From NCBI GenBank assembly GCA_964430885.1, contig CAYSHM010000013.1, positions 18,283-82,282 of the forward strand: DNA of 64,000 nucleotides. Direction: 5' to 3'. Position 1 is the first letter of the stretch; every line of letters starts with the position of its first letter. The stretch is from an uncultured archaeon. GTDB taxonomy: Archaea > Thermoplasmatota > Penumbrarchaeia > JASLWR01. A program made the position numbers and the translations under genes. Positions 46,090-55,753 of the stretch are shown here, in pieces. Under the pieces are notes generated by a model. It was not told the origin of the DNA. It saw nothing but the letters and a program-made list of their open reading frames with translations, and ran no database searches.

Positions 46090-49000
46090 CTACTTTTTCA
46101 GCGAGGTCAACAGGGAAATGTGGACCTCGTCGCTTATGCTCAGTTCCCGCCTTTTGGCTGCCAGGAATTCCTCTTCTTCATTGCTTATTACACCATCGGC
46201 CAGGGCGAATATGAGAAGGTTTCTGTAGATGCCGAGGTTCGGGTCGCCAGCCCCCACATTTGACCGGGTCATGACGGAATCCTGGATATTTATTCCTCCA
46301 CCCGTTCCGGTTCCTGCTGCACCGCCGAAGTCCAGATTGGAGCGCTGGATTATGGAATCTTTTATCTCCACATTGACCTGGGTCACGGGCTGAAGCTGTT
46401 TCCATCTGTTATTCAATATTTCAAGGACCTTGCCCGATATGTCAGCCAGAACAGTGATGAGATGCTCCCTTTTACTGCATGCTACGAAGACCTCAAGGGT
46501 CCTGTTGCTCTTCATAACCGAAACCCTAACGATGATCTTGTCTTGGGCCCCGGACCCGCCCCCATAGAACCAGACCGAATCCATATCCCTGGTCCTTGTC
46601 TCCCGTATCTTTGAAAGGTTGGTTTGGTCAACACCGTCTTTTGCCAGGGTTAGTACCTCTTTTATGGACAGCTTCGGTGCGATGTTGTATATCTTGGAAT
46701 CCTGGTAAACGGCTTGGGTAGCGATAATGTCCTGCAGGGTCGCTATGTTCACTGTTTCCTGTGATATGAGCTTAGGAGGCTGGATCTCAATGGTCATCCG
46801 GTCAAGGGAGCTGGTGTTGTAGTTATATGACTGATCCATGTAGATCAGAGAAGCTCCCACGTGGGTTCTTGTACAAACCATTGGATCAAAATACAGGTCC
46901 ATCTGTTTCTTGCTGTTTTTCTCAATAAAACCCACCGACACCGATGATTCGGTGGTCGGCAGTTGTGGATTGGTATGGGACAGGTGCATCGCATGGGTGT
47001 CTATATGGAGTTTCAGTTCTGCGGAGTCAAGATCAAAGAATGTGTTGTTCCTAATAGTCATCTCAACCACCAGATAACCTCCCTGGTAGCTCTTCTCGGC
47101 CCTAAGCTCGATATCCTTGGCCATTGCGCCTCCTGTGCCGGTGCTGGGGCCGCCGGTGGCCGATACTCGATCAATACCCTGCGTTAGGGCCATGTCCGCC
47201 TTGTTGATCTTTTCCCTGACCCTGACCTGGAATGCGGTAAGGTTCTTGATAGCCTGTATGAAATTCCGGGATTTGGCAACGGAAATCAGGTGTTCAAGAT
47301 TCCTTGATATTTCCATGAGCTGGCTCCTGGCCTCGAAGATCCTTTCCTCCTGAAGCTGCTGTACTGCTTCTCCGAAGGCCTTTTCAGCATCGGAATAACC
47401 ATCTTGAACATTCTGTTTGTCAACTTCCATTTCCGCAGATATCATGTTATCCCTGATGCTGGCAAGCAGCCCTTCTATAGTATTCTGCAGACCTGCATCG
47501 CCTTCATATTTGGCCTTTTGGCCAGCCTGTTCAAGGTTCTGCTGTGCGGTCTGGTACGTCCTTAGAGCCTGCTCGAACTCCCGTCTGTTGAAGAGATCGT
47601 TCCCTTTCATTGCCGAGTTCCTGCCGTTATCGAAAAGAAGCTGGGTGCTGTTGTATGATGCATTGGCGGCTGGTTGTTTGTTGTAGCGTGTTGCGGTTTG
47701 CTTCTTCTTCTTTGACCTTACAATGGCACCTATGACATTGGCGAATATGATGAAGAACACAACGCCCCCTATGATGCAGAAGGTAAGATATTCCTCTGTA
47801 AAACTCCAGAAACCGCCTTCATAATCGAACTTTGGAATTTTGGAATCTCCCTGGTTCCATTTAACTGTATCTCCGCCGTGTACCGCCTTGATGCTGGTAC
47901 CGTAGGGCAGCTCCGTCAGCCGTTCCCCGTCCTGTATCACTGTAAAATAAGCATACCCTTCGTAATCCGTCTTGTTCTCGTAATAGACACCGTCAATTGT
48001 GAAGCTTACCTTGGCGCCTTCAACGTTGACGCCCCACCAATCATCCTCGTAATCCTCTTCCTTTATAGGTCCGATCTTTACTTGGTCATCGGAGAAATCT
48101 GGAAGGTAATAGGTATCACCGTTCCATTCTATTCTCTCGGCACCTATTGAAGCAGTGACGGTCACATCGCTTGGCAATTCACCCACAGGCAGTACGAAAT
48201 GGGTAATACCGTCATTATCGGTTGTATTCTCATAATATGTTCCTTTATAGGTGAAAAATACCTTGGCCCCGCTCATGGGTATGTCATCATAGGAAGCAAC
48301 GTCCCTTTCTATTGGACCGAATTCCACCATATAGGATGCCTCCTGGAGTTCAGCGGTCCAAATGGACAGGTCAGGTGATGTCATCCCTTCCTTGGCAGAA
48401 TAGATCAATTTTATGTCATTATTGGGAATACTGTCCCTGCCAGGGTAGAATCTGATGTAGTATCCTTCAATATTATCCGATATCTCATACCCGTTCTCAT
48501 CAATGGTATCTGCAGTCAGCTCCCAGGTTTCTCCGGTATCTATGTTGGCTACCGCAGCTTCCGCTGAATAATCTCCCTTCCTGTAGAGAATGTAATTTCC
48601 GTCAGAGGTGAATATGGGTTCGGTTTCATCCTCGTTCTGGTCCATAAGAAGACGTTCCCAACCCTGGCCGTTGGATCCAATGAGATGAATGTCCTTGTCA
48701 TACTGAGTTTCTTCCGCCACAAAGGCTATCTTTGTATTATCGTGTGAGAAGCTGGGCCAGTACTCATTCCAGTTGCGGTCTGTAATCTGATCGAAATCAA
48801 TTCCGTCAATATCACACATCCATATGTCCAGGTCTTCGGTTGTGTTGTCCATGTCCGAAGCGAAAACGATCCATTTTCCATCATTTGAGATGCTTGGATT
48901 GGTCTGTTTAAAATCGTCATCGGTTATGTTCTTTAGGTTGGAACCTCCGAAAGACATGGTGAATATTTCAAAAACCGGGTCATAATAATCATCATCATAG

Positions 49001-49353
49001 GCCTGGAACACTATCTTCTCGCCCTTGCTGTCCGAGGTGGGGAACACTTCATGGATATCATTATCCGTCAGCTGGACATGGTTCTTGCCGCCCATGTCCA
49101 TTTTCCAGATGTCATAGTATGATCCGCCATCTTCTGTTGAGGAGTAAAGTATGGTCTGTTTGGCTGATACAATAAATGGGCATTCCATGTTGTACTTGAG
49201 GGCCGATATCTCCTTTTTATCCCAAACATATCCGCCATTCACTGGTATTGATATTATAGATAAGATAAAAATGCCCAGAAATACCGCGAAAACAGCTGCT
49301 CCTCTGCCCCGATATCTGTTCATTGTGTGTCTCTTTAAAGAAATGCCTGACAT
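46090..49353 (-). CDS. Bitopic 1087-aa protein: extracellular TolB-like beta-propeller (PD40 repeats) + carboxypeptidase-regulatory-like domains, TM, cytoplasmic coiled-coil and TerB-like C-terminal segment
   Basis: Signal anchor, repeated D.(W/I)...DG..I.F (PD40-like) blades, TM FCIIGGVVFFIIFANVIGAIV, long Q/E/A-rich helical region. C-terminal YRNLLIFALADGVISNEEEEFLAAKRREL resembles TerB/DjlA-type motif. Confidence 0.55.
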   Translation of the reverse strand: MSGISLKRHTMNRYRGRGAAVFAVFLGIFILSIISIPVNGGYVWDKKEISALKYNMECPFIVSAKQTILYSSTEDGGSYYDIWKMDMGGKNHVQLTDNDIHEVFPTSDSKGEKIVFQAYDDDYYDPVFEIFTMSFGGSNLKNITDDDFKQTNPSISNDGKWIVFASDMDNTTEDLDIWMCDIDGIDFDQITDRNWNEYWPSFSHDNTKIAFVAEETQYDKDIHLIGSNGQGWERLLMDQNEDETEPIFTSDGNYILYRKGDYSAEAAVANIDTGETWELTADTIDENGYEISDNIEGYYIRFYPGRDSIPNNDIKLIYSAKEGMTSPDLSIWTAELQEASYMVEFGPIERDVASYDDIPMSGAKVFFTYKGTYYENTTDNDGITHFVLPVGELPSDVTVTASIGAERIEWNGDTYYLPDFSDDQVKIGPIKEEDYEDDWWGVNVEGAKVSFTIDGVYYENKTDYEGYAYFTVIQDGERLTELPYGTSIKAVHGGDTVKWNQGDSKIPKFDYEGGFWSFTEEYLTFCIIGGVVFFIIFANVIGAIVRSKKKKQTATRYNKQPAANASYNSTQLLFDNGRNSAMKGNDLFNRREFEQALRTYQTAQQNLEQAGQKAKYEGDAGLQNTIEGLLASIRDNMISAEMEVDKQNVQDGYSDAEKAFGEAVQQLQEERIFEARSQLMEISRNLEHLISVAKSRNFIQAIKNLTAFQVRVREKINKADMALTQGIDRVSATGGPSTGTGGAMAKDIELRAEKSYQGGYLVVEMTIRNNTFFDLDSAELKLHIDTHAMHLSHTNPQLPTTESSVSVGFIEKNSKKQMDLYFDPMVCTRTHVGASLIYMDQSYNYNTSSLDRMTIEIQPPKLISQETVNIATLQDIIATQAVYQDSKIYNIAPKLSIKEVLTLAKDGVDQTNLSKIRETRTRDMDSVWFYGGGSGAQDKIIVRVSVMKSNRTLEVFVACSKREHLITVLADISGKVLEILNNRWKQLQPVTQVNVEIKDSIIQRSNLDFGGAAGTGTGGGINIQDSVMTRSNVGAGDPNLGIYRNLLIFALADGVISNEEEEFLAAKRRELSISDEVHISLLTSLKK

Positions 49354-49482
49354 GTGAATACCTCTGCGGTAAGGATGGTATTATAGGAATGGTAATTAAA
49401 ATATTCCTCGAAGTTCAATCTAATTTATCCTAATAAATACTTCTGTTTTATTAATCTAACCACCTTTACTTTCATTCACCCT

Positions 49483-50628
49483 ATGATATATAATATGGTT
49501 ATCAGTGAATTATTGATGCTTATGGACCCTCACGAAGGACCAGCCGAGAAAAAAGAAAGCTCAGGAAGGAGCATCATACATATCGATATGGATGCGTTCT
49601 TTGCACAGGTAGAGCAAAACGACAATCCCGAGCTCAGCGGAAAACCCGTGATCGTAGGCGGAGATCCCAGGGGTAGAGGAGTGGTTTCTACTTGTTCTTA
49701 CGAAGCCAGGAAATATGGTATACACTCCGCCATGTCTGCCAGTAAAGCCCTTATGCTGTGTCCGGAAGCCGTTTTTATCAGGCCCCGATTTGATCGATAC
49801 CGGGAACTCTCAGCAATGATCATGTCAGTTATGATGGAGTACACAGACTTAATAGAGGTCGCTTCCCTGGATGAGGCTTATATGGATATCACCGAAAACA
49901 AGGATAAATATCCCGTTCAAATAGCTCTTGAAGTGAAGAAGAAAATCCTAGGACGGACCGGTTTGACCTCATCGGCAGGGGTTTCTTATAATAAGCTCCT
50001 GGCCAAGATAGCATCGGATATGGATAAACCCAACGGGATATTTATTGTTGACAGAGTTTCAGTGGAGGAGTTCATGGCCGATCTGCCGGTGACAAAAATT
50101 CCAGGAATCGGGAAAAAGACCGCCCTGCGGCTGGGTGATATGGGGATAGTCAAATGCTCGGACATCACTGCACTCGGTCTCCATGAGATGAGACGGAAAT
50201 TCGGCAAGATGGGGATATATTTTTTCAACTGCTCACATGGTCATGATACCCGCCCCGTTAGAACTACCAGAAAAAGGAAATCCATTGGAAAAGAGAGAAC
50301 TTTACCTGAAGATATCAATGACCTGGAGAAGATAATGGAGCTTCTGGATGAAATATCAAATAGGGTGGAGCAGTCCATGATTAAGAAGAACATTTACGGC
50401 CGAACCATAACCCTCAAGGTTAAGTATTCTGATTTCACCCAGATCACCCGAAGCCTATCCACTGATACACCGATAAAAGAGGGGAAAATGATGCTTAAGC
50501 TCGTCAAAAAGCTATTGAAAAGGACAGAAGCTGGCCGGAGGGATATCAGGCTACTCGGTATATCGGTATCGGACCTTGGGAATACAGGTAAGGAGAAACA
50601 GAGCTCACTGGCTTTTTTCCGCACTTAA
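49483..50628 (+). CDS. dinB: Y-family DNA polymerase IV (Dpo4/DinB)
   Basis: IIHIDMDAFFAQVE, SYEARKYGI, SLDEAYMDIT catalytic motifs. True start may be downstream of 49483. Confidence 0.9.
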   Translation: MIYNMVISELLMLMDPHEGPAEKKESSGRSIIHIDMDAFFAQVEQNDNPELSGKPVIVGGDPRGRGVVSTCSYEARKYGIHSAMSASKALMLCPEAVFIRPRFDRYRELSAMIMSVMMEYTDLIEVASLDEAYMDITENKDKYPVQIALEVKKKILGRTGLTSSAGVSYNKLLAKIASDMDKPNGIFIVDRVSVEEFMADLPVTKIPGIGKKTALRLGDMGIVKCSDITALGLHEMRRKFGKMGIYFFNCSHGHDTRPVRTTRKRKSIGKERTLPEDINDLEKIMELLDEISNRVEQSMIKKNIYGRTITLKVKYSDFTQITRSLSTDTPIKEGKMMLKLVKKLLKRTEAGRRDIRLLGISVSDLGNTGKEKQSSLAFFRT

Positions 50629-50737
50629 TTGGGAAATTTAATTTTTCGTATGTGATAAGAAAAATGTAATAAATTTGTTATTTGATAATCCAATATGTTA
50701 AATAAATCATTTTATATGTTAACATGGAGGTGTATGA

Positions 50738-50923
50738 ATGCCGATAGTGGAATTGAAGACATTAGGAAAACTCACACATGACCAGAAAGCCGAGATAACC
50801 GAGCGGTTCACAAGGACCCTTAAGGAAGTAGCGGGTAAACCCCCTGAATATGTATATGTAGTGATACATGAGATAGAGAGGGTGAACTGGGGGCACAGAG
50901 GCATATTGTTCTCTGATGTCTGA
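50738..50923 (+). CDS. 4-oxalocrotonate tautomerase family protein (61 aa)
   Basis: MPIVELK... with Pro immediately after Met, length and beta-alpha-beta layout of 4-OT. Confidence 0.75.
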   Translation: MPIVELKTLGKLTHDQKAEITERFTRTLKEVAGKPPEYVYVVIHEIERVNWGHRGILFSDV

Positions 50924-50942
50924 TTGACGGGTTAAGGGACCG

Positions 50943-51788
50943 CTATTTTTCTCCTGCACACCAGGCCCAATACTGATAATATTTTTCAACCCCCGCCTGC
51001 CTGTAATAGTTGAAAAGGGATTCCAGCATAGGTAATCTCTTTTGGTATGATAATTTTGGCCAAAGTGCAGCAGATTGCGCTGGAATAGAATAAAATGCCA
51101 TTGCTGCCTCAAGAGGCAATTCAATTGCCGCCACTCCAGTTCGGATATTCCTAAAGTCCAGGGACCCAAGTATAATTGGAAGTTCATCAGTATTGAATAT
51201 TGACCTGCCGTATGGAGCGAAGGATTTTTTTTCAAGTTTTGCCCGCTGGAAGAGATTGATTGGTGGAATTTCATAATTCGAGTTATTATCATCAATTTTA
51301 TTGTCATATATTCCTATTAAATAATTCATTGCCACAACGCCGCTAGATTTTAAAACTGAATATGCACTCCTGAGAGCTTTATACGGGTCTGGGATCAGAA
51401 ATATGCTCGCATTATACATAACGCAGTCAAGCTTGGAAGATATATTTTCGTCCAGCTGGGCTGCATCACACAATACGAAATCAATGGTTGGTTTTTCATT
51501 TTTCTTCATTTTTTTTTCGGCAGCCCGGAGCATTTTCAATGAAAAATCTACTCCGATCACCTTTCCCTTTGAACCCACTAATTGTCGGATCGAATAACTT
51601 GAACTGCCGGTACCGCAGCCGATATCGCATACAGCCATACCCGATTTGAGGTTGCAGTTCTCGGCCAATTTCAGGGTGAGATTTTCAAATAATTTATATT
51701 CTGCTTCAAACTGATCATATAATTCAGCTGATTTGTCGAAATTGCGACGGACTATATTTTTTATAATCTCAGGATCGGCTATGGCCAT
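50943..51788 (-). CDS. Class I SAM-dependent methyltransferase
   Basis: Motif I VCDIGCGTGSSS and downstream acidic motif VIGVDFS. Confidence 0.8.
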   Translation of the reverse strand: MAIADPEIIKNIVRRNFDKSAELYDQFEAEYKLFENLTLKLAENCNLKSGMAVCDIGCGTGSSSYSIRQLVGSKGKVIGVDFSLKMLRAAEKKMKKNEKPTIDFVLCDAAQLDENISSKLDCVMYNASIFLIPDPYKALRSAYSVLKSSGVVAMNYLIGIYDNKIDDNNSNYEIPPINLFQRAKLEKKSFAPYGRSIFNTDELPIILGSLDFRNIRTGVAAIELPLEAAMAFYSIPAQSAALWPKLSYQKRLPMLESLFNYYRQAGVEKYYQYWAWCAGEK

Positions 51789-51827
51789 AAAACAACAGAC
51801 TCCCCGCTATCTGGTGCTTCTGAGCAC

Positions 51828-53270
51828 CTAATATGTCCTTGCATAGGTGACGTATTTTGTGGCCGGAGCGCCACACTGTCCGCACTTGCCCTGGAAATCC
51901 TTACTGAGATCTATTCCAAGCATGCTCATGTCAAGTGTAAGCTCCATCTCGGTTGAGCATTCCTCGCTGCCGCACCATCCCACGTTTATTAGACCTTTGT
52001 TCACATCATGGGCCTCATCGGCAAAAGTCACATTATAGGTCAGGTCTTCAACTATGGCAGTGGCCTTCTTGAGCATCTGCTCTTTGATAACCGTAATTTC
52101 ACGGGGAATTGTTTGAGAAAGTTCATCCATCTTGACAAAGCTTTTCTTCCCGTCAGTCCGTCGGGCCAGAACCACCTGCTGCTTATCAATGTCCCTGGGG
52201 CCGATCTCTATACGCAGGGGTACGCCTTTAAGTTCCCAGTTGTAGAATTTACTACCGGGTCTGGCATCAGTATCATCCAGCACAACTCTGTAACCCATAT
52301 CTTTCAGATCAATCTTGAGCTTGTTAGCATTTTCCAGAACATCATCCTTCCTCTTCTTGGTGAGTATGGGAACAATGACTATCTGATGGGGCGCTACATC
52401 CGGCGGCAGTACCAGTCCCTTATTGTCTCCGTGGATCCCCACAACCGCACCTACAAGCCTCTCGCTCATACCGTAGGTTGTCTGGTGAACATGTTTATGC
52501 TCGCCGTCAGCGTTCTCGTACTGTATCTCATATGGAACCGAGAAATTCGTCTTGTACTGATGGACCGAACCCAGCTGCAGTGTTCTTCCGGTGGGCATTA
52601 TGCAGTCGATGCCGATGGTATAGAATGCCCCTGCGAACTTGTCCCAGTCCGGTCTCTGCCTGCAGAGGTATGGTATGCAGAGCTTGTCTGCCAGTTTCTT
52701 CATTATCTCCATGTCCTCGGCTATTTGTCTCTCTGCATCCTCGAAATCGGCATGGCAGGTATGCGCCTCGAAGAAATGTATCTCTCTGACCCTGATGAAG
52801 CTTCTGGTCTGTTTCGTCTCGTACCTGAAGGTATTGACCAGCTGATAGGTCTTAAGGGGCAGGTCCGTGTGAGAACGCACCCAGAGGGCGAACATGGGAT
52901 ACATGGCGGTCTCGGATGTGGGTCGAAGAAGCAGAGGAATATCGAGTTCGTTCAATCCGGCCTTTGTTACCCAGAAAACCTGTGCGTCAAAACCCTCTAT
53001 ATGATCAGCTTCCTTCTGGAACTCTGTCTTGGGTATAAGGAGCGGGAAGCAGACCTCGCCGTGCTCTGTATCGTCCAGTTCCTTTCTTATCTGCTTGTCG
53101 ATTAGAAGCATGATCTTCCATCCATAGGGGGTCCAGACATTCATACCCTTAACAGGATACCTCTTATCCGAAAGTCCCGCGAACTTGATCACATCGTTGT
53201 ACCAATTGCTGAAATCTTCCTTGTCGAGATTGATTTCCATCTTATCAGCAAGATTCTCCTCCTTCACCAT
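51828..53270 (-). CDS. proS: Proline--tRNA ligase (archaeal/eukaryotic type, class II)
   Basis: ORF to 53327. DFSNWYNDVIKFAGL..RYPVKGMNVWTPYGWKI N-terminus, class II motifs, C-terminal zinc-binding Cys. Start chosen at Met 53270 (MVKEENL). Confidence 0.9.
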   Translation of the reverse strand: MVKEENLADKMEINLDKEDFSNWYNDVIKFAGLSDKRYPVKGMNVWTPYGWKIMLLIDKQIRKELDDTEHGEVCFPLLIPKTEFQKEADHIEGFDAQVFWVTKAGLNELDIPLLLRPTSETAMYPMFALWVRSHTDLPLKTYQLVNTFRYETKQTRSFIRVREIHFFEAHTCHADFEDAERQIAEDMEIMKKLADKLCIPYLCRQRPDWDKFAGAFYTIGIDCIMPTGRTLQLGSVHQYKTNFSVPYEIQYENADGEHKHVHQTTYGMSERLVGAVVGIHGDNKGLVLPPDVAPHQIVIVPILTKKRKDDVLENANKLKIDLKDMGYRVVLDDTDARPGSKFYNWELKGVPLRIEIGPRDIDKQQVVLARRTDGKKSFVKMDELSQTIPREITVIKEQMLKKATAIVEDLTYNVTFADEAHDVNKGLINVGWCGSEECSTEMELTLDMSMLGIDLSKDFQGKCGQCGAPATKYVTYARTY

Positions 53271-53507
53271 GTTTTCACCCTTATACAATATTTGATATTC
53301 ATATTCAATTATCATCACTGGTCCCAAGTTGGGGCCTAACCGGCTTTGAAAGGTAAATCTAATATTATAATATTTGCGCCTGTTTTCATAGCATCAAGGG
53401 TTACAATAATTTCTTCAGGTCATTCGAATGACAATAATACCTGAATACATTAAGAGAAAATCCATAGAAGAAAGACTTATGGAATAGAAAATTATTTAGA
53501 AGAAATA

Positions 53508-53583
53508 TGGTGCCGTCGGCGTGACTTGAACACGCGGCCTTCGGATCTTCAGTCCGACGCTCTCCCAACTGAGCTACGACGGC
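53508..53583 (-). tRNA. tRNA-Phe: tRNA-Phe (anticodon GAA), 76 nt with encoded CCA
   Basis: Reverse complement GCCGTCGTAGCTCAGTTGGGAGAGCGTCGGACTGAAGATCCGAAGGCCGCGTGTTCAAGTCACGCCGACGGCACCA. 7-bp acceptor, GCTC/GAGC D-stem, TCGGA/TCCGA anticodon stem with loop CTGAAGA, GCGTG/CACGC T-stem with TTCAAGT loop. Confidence 0.95.
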
Positions 53584-53750
53584 ATAGTTCTTATCCTTAT
53601 ACAACCCTTTAGAATAAGGTATCGTCATTAGGATAATTCCAACCTCCAGTAATAATTCTTATTATTAATAGATTTACCAAAAATTATCCCCTAAATCACA
53701 TATTTTATTATTAGTCGAGGCAAGAGCAAGTAAACATTAATAGAAATAAT

Positions 53751-54149
53751 TTGTTACCACGGAACATGCCTGTGGTCAGTGTTTCCCTTACAGATAAGAA
53801 CGTAGAGGTTCTGGAAGAGCTCATGGAGGAGTTCGGACTGGGCGGCCGGAGCGAGGCAATCAGGGTATGTCTGCGTTCTGCTGGTTCCGAACTCAAGGAA
53901 AGGGAAGCATTGACGGGTACTGTGGAAGGAGTGCTGATAGTCGTTCACGACTCCCATTCATCACCAAAGTTAGATGAGGCCAGGCACGATTACCAGTCCC
54001 TTATTACCACCCAGATACATTCACATTTGAAGAACAACAAGTGTCTTGAGGTATTCATAATTCACGGTGATGCCGATAAGGTCAAGGATATGCTCAGGAT
54101 ATTTCAGGGAAATGACCGTCTGGATTATGTGAAATTCGTCCAATCCTGA
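53751..54149 (+). CDS. nikR: NikR-family nickel-responsive regulator (RHH + C-terminal metal-binding domain)
   Basis: N-terminal VSVSLTDKNVEVLEELMEEFGLGGRSEAIRVCLR ribbon-helix-helix. C-terminal VVHDSH...HDYQSLI...HSHL...CLEV matches the NikR H-H-H-C nickel site. Confidence 0.85.
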   Translation: MLPRNMPVVSVSLTDKNVEVLEELMEEFGLGGRSEAIRVCLRSAGSELKEREALTGTVEGVLIVVHDSHSSPKLDEARHDYQSLITTQIHSHLKNNKCLEVFIIHGDADKVKDMLRIFQGNDRLDYVKFVQS

Positions 54150-54153
54150 TTTT

Positions 54154-54798
54154 TTACATACCCTCGATTATTTTCCCTATTTCTCCAAGGTCATTCACTA
54201 TATAGTCCGCTTCGACACCGATACCAATTACTTTTATGCCTGCTGAATGCCCAGCACCCACATCGCTCCTTGTGTCCCCTATTAAAATTGTCTCATTGGG
54301 GCGCCTCCCCAGTTTTTTCATGGCAAGGAATATCATTTCAGGATGGGGTTTCGGCTTATGGACATGATCCCGGGTGAGAACCGCAGAAAAATGACTTAGA
54401 AGTTGGAAATGCTCCAGAACGGCTTTGGTGCAGATTTCTGGGGTGTTTGTGACAAGACCTAGCTTATAGTTCTCAAGGGATGATAGGATAATTTCGGCCT
54501 TGGGATGTACAATTACCTCATCCATATGAAATGTGAACCTTCTGCAGCAGTAGTTTCCGGCTTCCCGGGGCATTCCCAGGAGCTTTATATTAAGGAATAA
54601 TTCCAAACCCCACTGCTCTTCCAGAAATCGTTTTTCATCCTGAGGATCGTTCCCGTATTCTATAAGAGTATCGTTCATGGCCAGATGCCAGGCATGAAAT
54701 GAATTTATCAGCACACCGTCCATATCGAAAAGAACAGTTGATAGATCAACTTTTTCAATCTCATTATCTGGACTGTTTCTTTCATTGCTGAAATCCAT
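54154..54798 (-). CDS. HAD-superfamily hydrolase (subfamily IA, phosphatase)
   Basis: Motif I VLFDMDGVLINS, motif II GLVTNT, motif IV GDTRSDVGAG. Confidence 0.85.
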   Translation of the reverse strand: MDFSNERNSPDNEIEKVDLSTVLFDMDGVLINSFHAWHLAMNDTLIEYGNDPQDEKRFLEEQWGLELFLNIKLLGMPREAGNYCCRRFTFHMDEVIVHPKAEIILSSLENYKLGLVTNTPEICTKAVLEHFQLLSHFSAVLTRDHVHKPKPHPEMIFLAMKKLGRRPNETILIGDTRSDVGAGHSAGIKVIGIGVEADYIVNDLGEIGKIIEGM

Positions 54799-54891
54799 GG
54801 TTGGCTCACACCTTAAATATTGTTATCTGTTATGTTATCTTTATGATGTGGATAATGAAAGAACAATACTTCTTCAGATATTTCACTTGAT

Positions 54892-55668
54892 TTATGATTT
54901 AAGCAGCTCTATTGCAAGATGTCCTGCTTTTTTACCTGACATAAGCATTCCGCCAAAGGTCGGACCCATTCTTGGAAGTCCGAAAGCCGTTGACACGGCC
55001 ATTCCGGTTACCATTAGACCAGGATGTATCTCACCTGTATTGTTCACCACTTCTTCCTCGGCCTTATCCACCCACATGCAGCCCATTCCGGGAACTTCCA
55101 GATATCCTCTACTTTCAAGGGCCCTAACAACCTTGGCATCGTGGCCAGTTGCATCGATCACTATATCGGCTTCCAGAGCAATTGGATCTACACATGTGAT
55201 CTGCCTGGGTAATGCTGAAACCGGGGTCCAGTTCACAACAACACCGCTTACCTTTCCATTCTCCCTAATAACAACATCTCGAAATTCAGTCATGTTCATG
55301 ATCCAAACCCCTGCGTCGCAGGCCGAAGCAATAAGCTTGGAACATGCATGAGGTCCGTGGGCTAGAAATAATCCGTCGATGTGTTCCTTCAGCGGAACAC
55401 CTATTTCTCTCAGTATCTCATCTCCCGGAGCTCTGACCGTCAATGGATTCATCAGGTATCCCCCCAGCCAAAATCCACCGCCGAGATAATTATTGCTCTC
55501 GATTATAACCGTTCTCGCACCTTTTTTTGATGCCTCTCTTGCCGCAACTAGTCCGCTGGGCCCACCGCCGATCACAATAATATCCGGATTGATGTTTTCC
55601 ATCATTCTTTCACAGTACTCCTCCACAATAGCCTGGGTCACATTTTTTTCTGATGCTTTGCTGAACAT
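54892..55668 (-). CDS. thi4: Thiazole biosynthesis enzyme Thi4 family (thiamine thiazole synthase)
   Basis: DIIVIGGGPSGLVAAREASKKGARTVIIES dinucleotide-binding motif and Thi4-family length/profile. Confidence 0.85.
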   Translation of the reverse strand: MFSKASEKNVTQAIVEEYCERMMENINPDIIVIGGGPSGLVAAREASKKGARTVIIESNNYLGGGFWLGGYLMNPLTVRAPGDEILREIGVPLKEHIDGLFLAHGPHACSKLIASACDAGVWIMNMTEFRDVVIRENGKVSGVVVNWTPVSALPRQITCVDPIALEADIVIDATGHDAKVVRALESRGYLEVPGMGCMWVDKAEEEVVNNTGEIHPGLMVTGMAVSTAFGLPRMGPTFGGMLMSGKKAGHLAIELLKS

Positions 55669-55753
55669 ATCACTTCACCTACTTAACAATCGTTAAGTTT
55701 AAATATTCTTCAATATATAACCTTTTCGACATTTATGTTGGAAAAATAAGTCC

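Noticed and set aside
52008-53105. 365-aa plus-strand ORF
   Set aside because: Antisense to the proS gene. ProRS motifs are intact on the minus strand and this ORF has none.
53328-53750. Possible integrated element boundary at tRNA-Phe
   Set aside because: No integrase, direct repeat of the tRNA 3' end or compositional break. Flanking genes (proS, nikR) are ordinary chromosomal genes.
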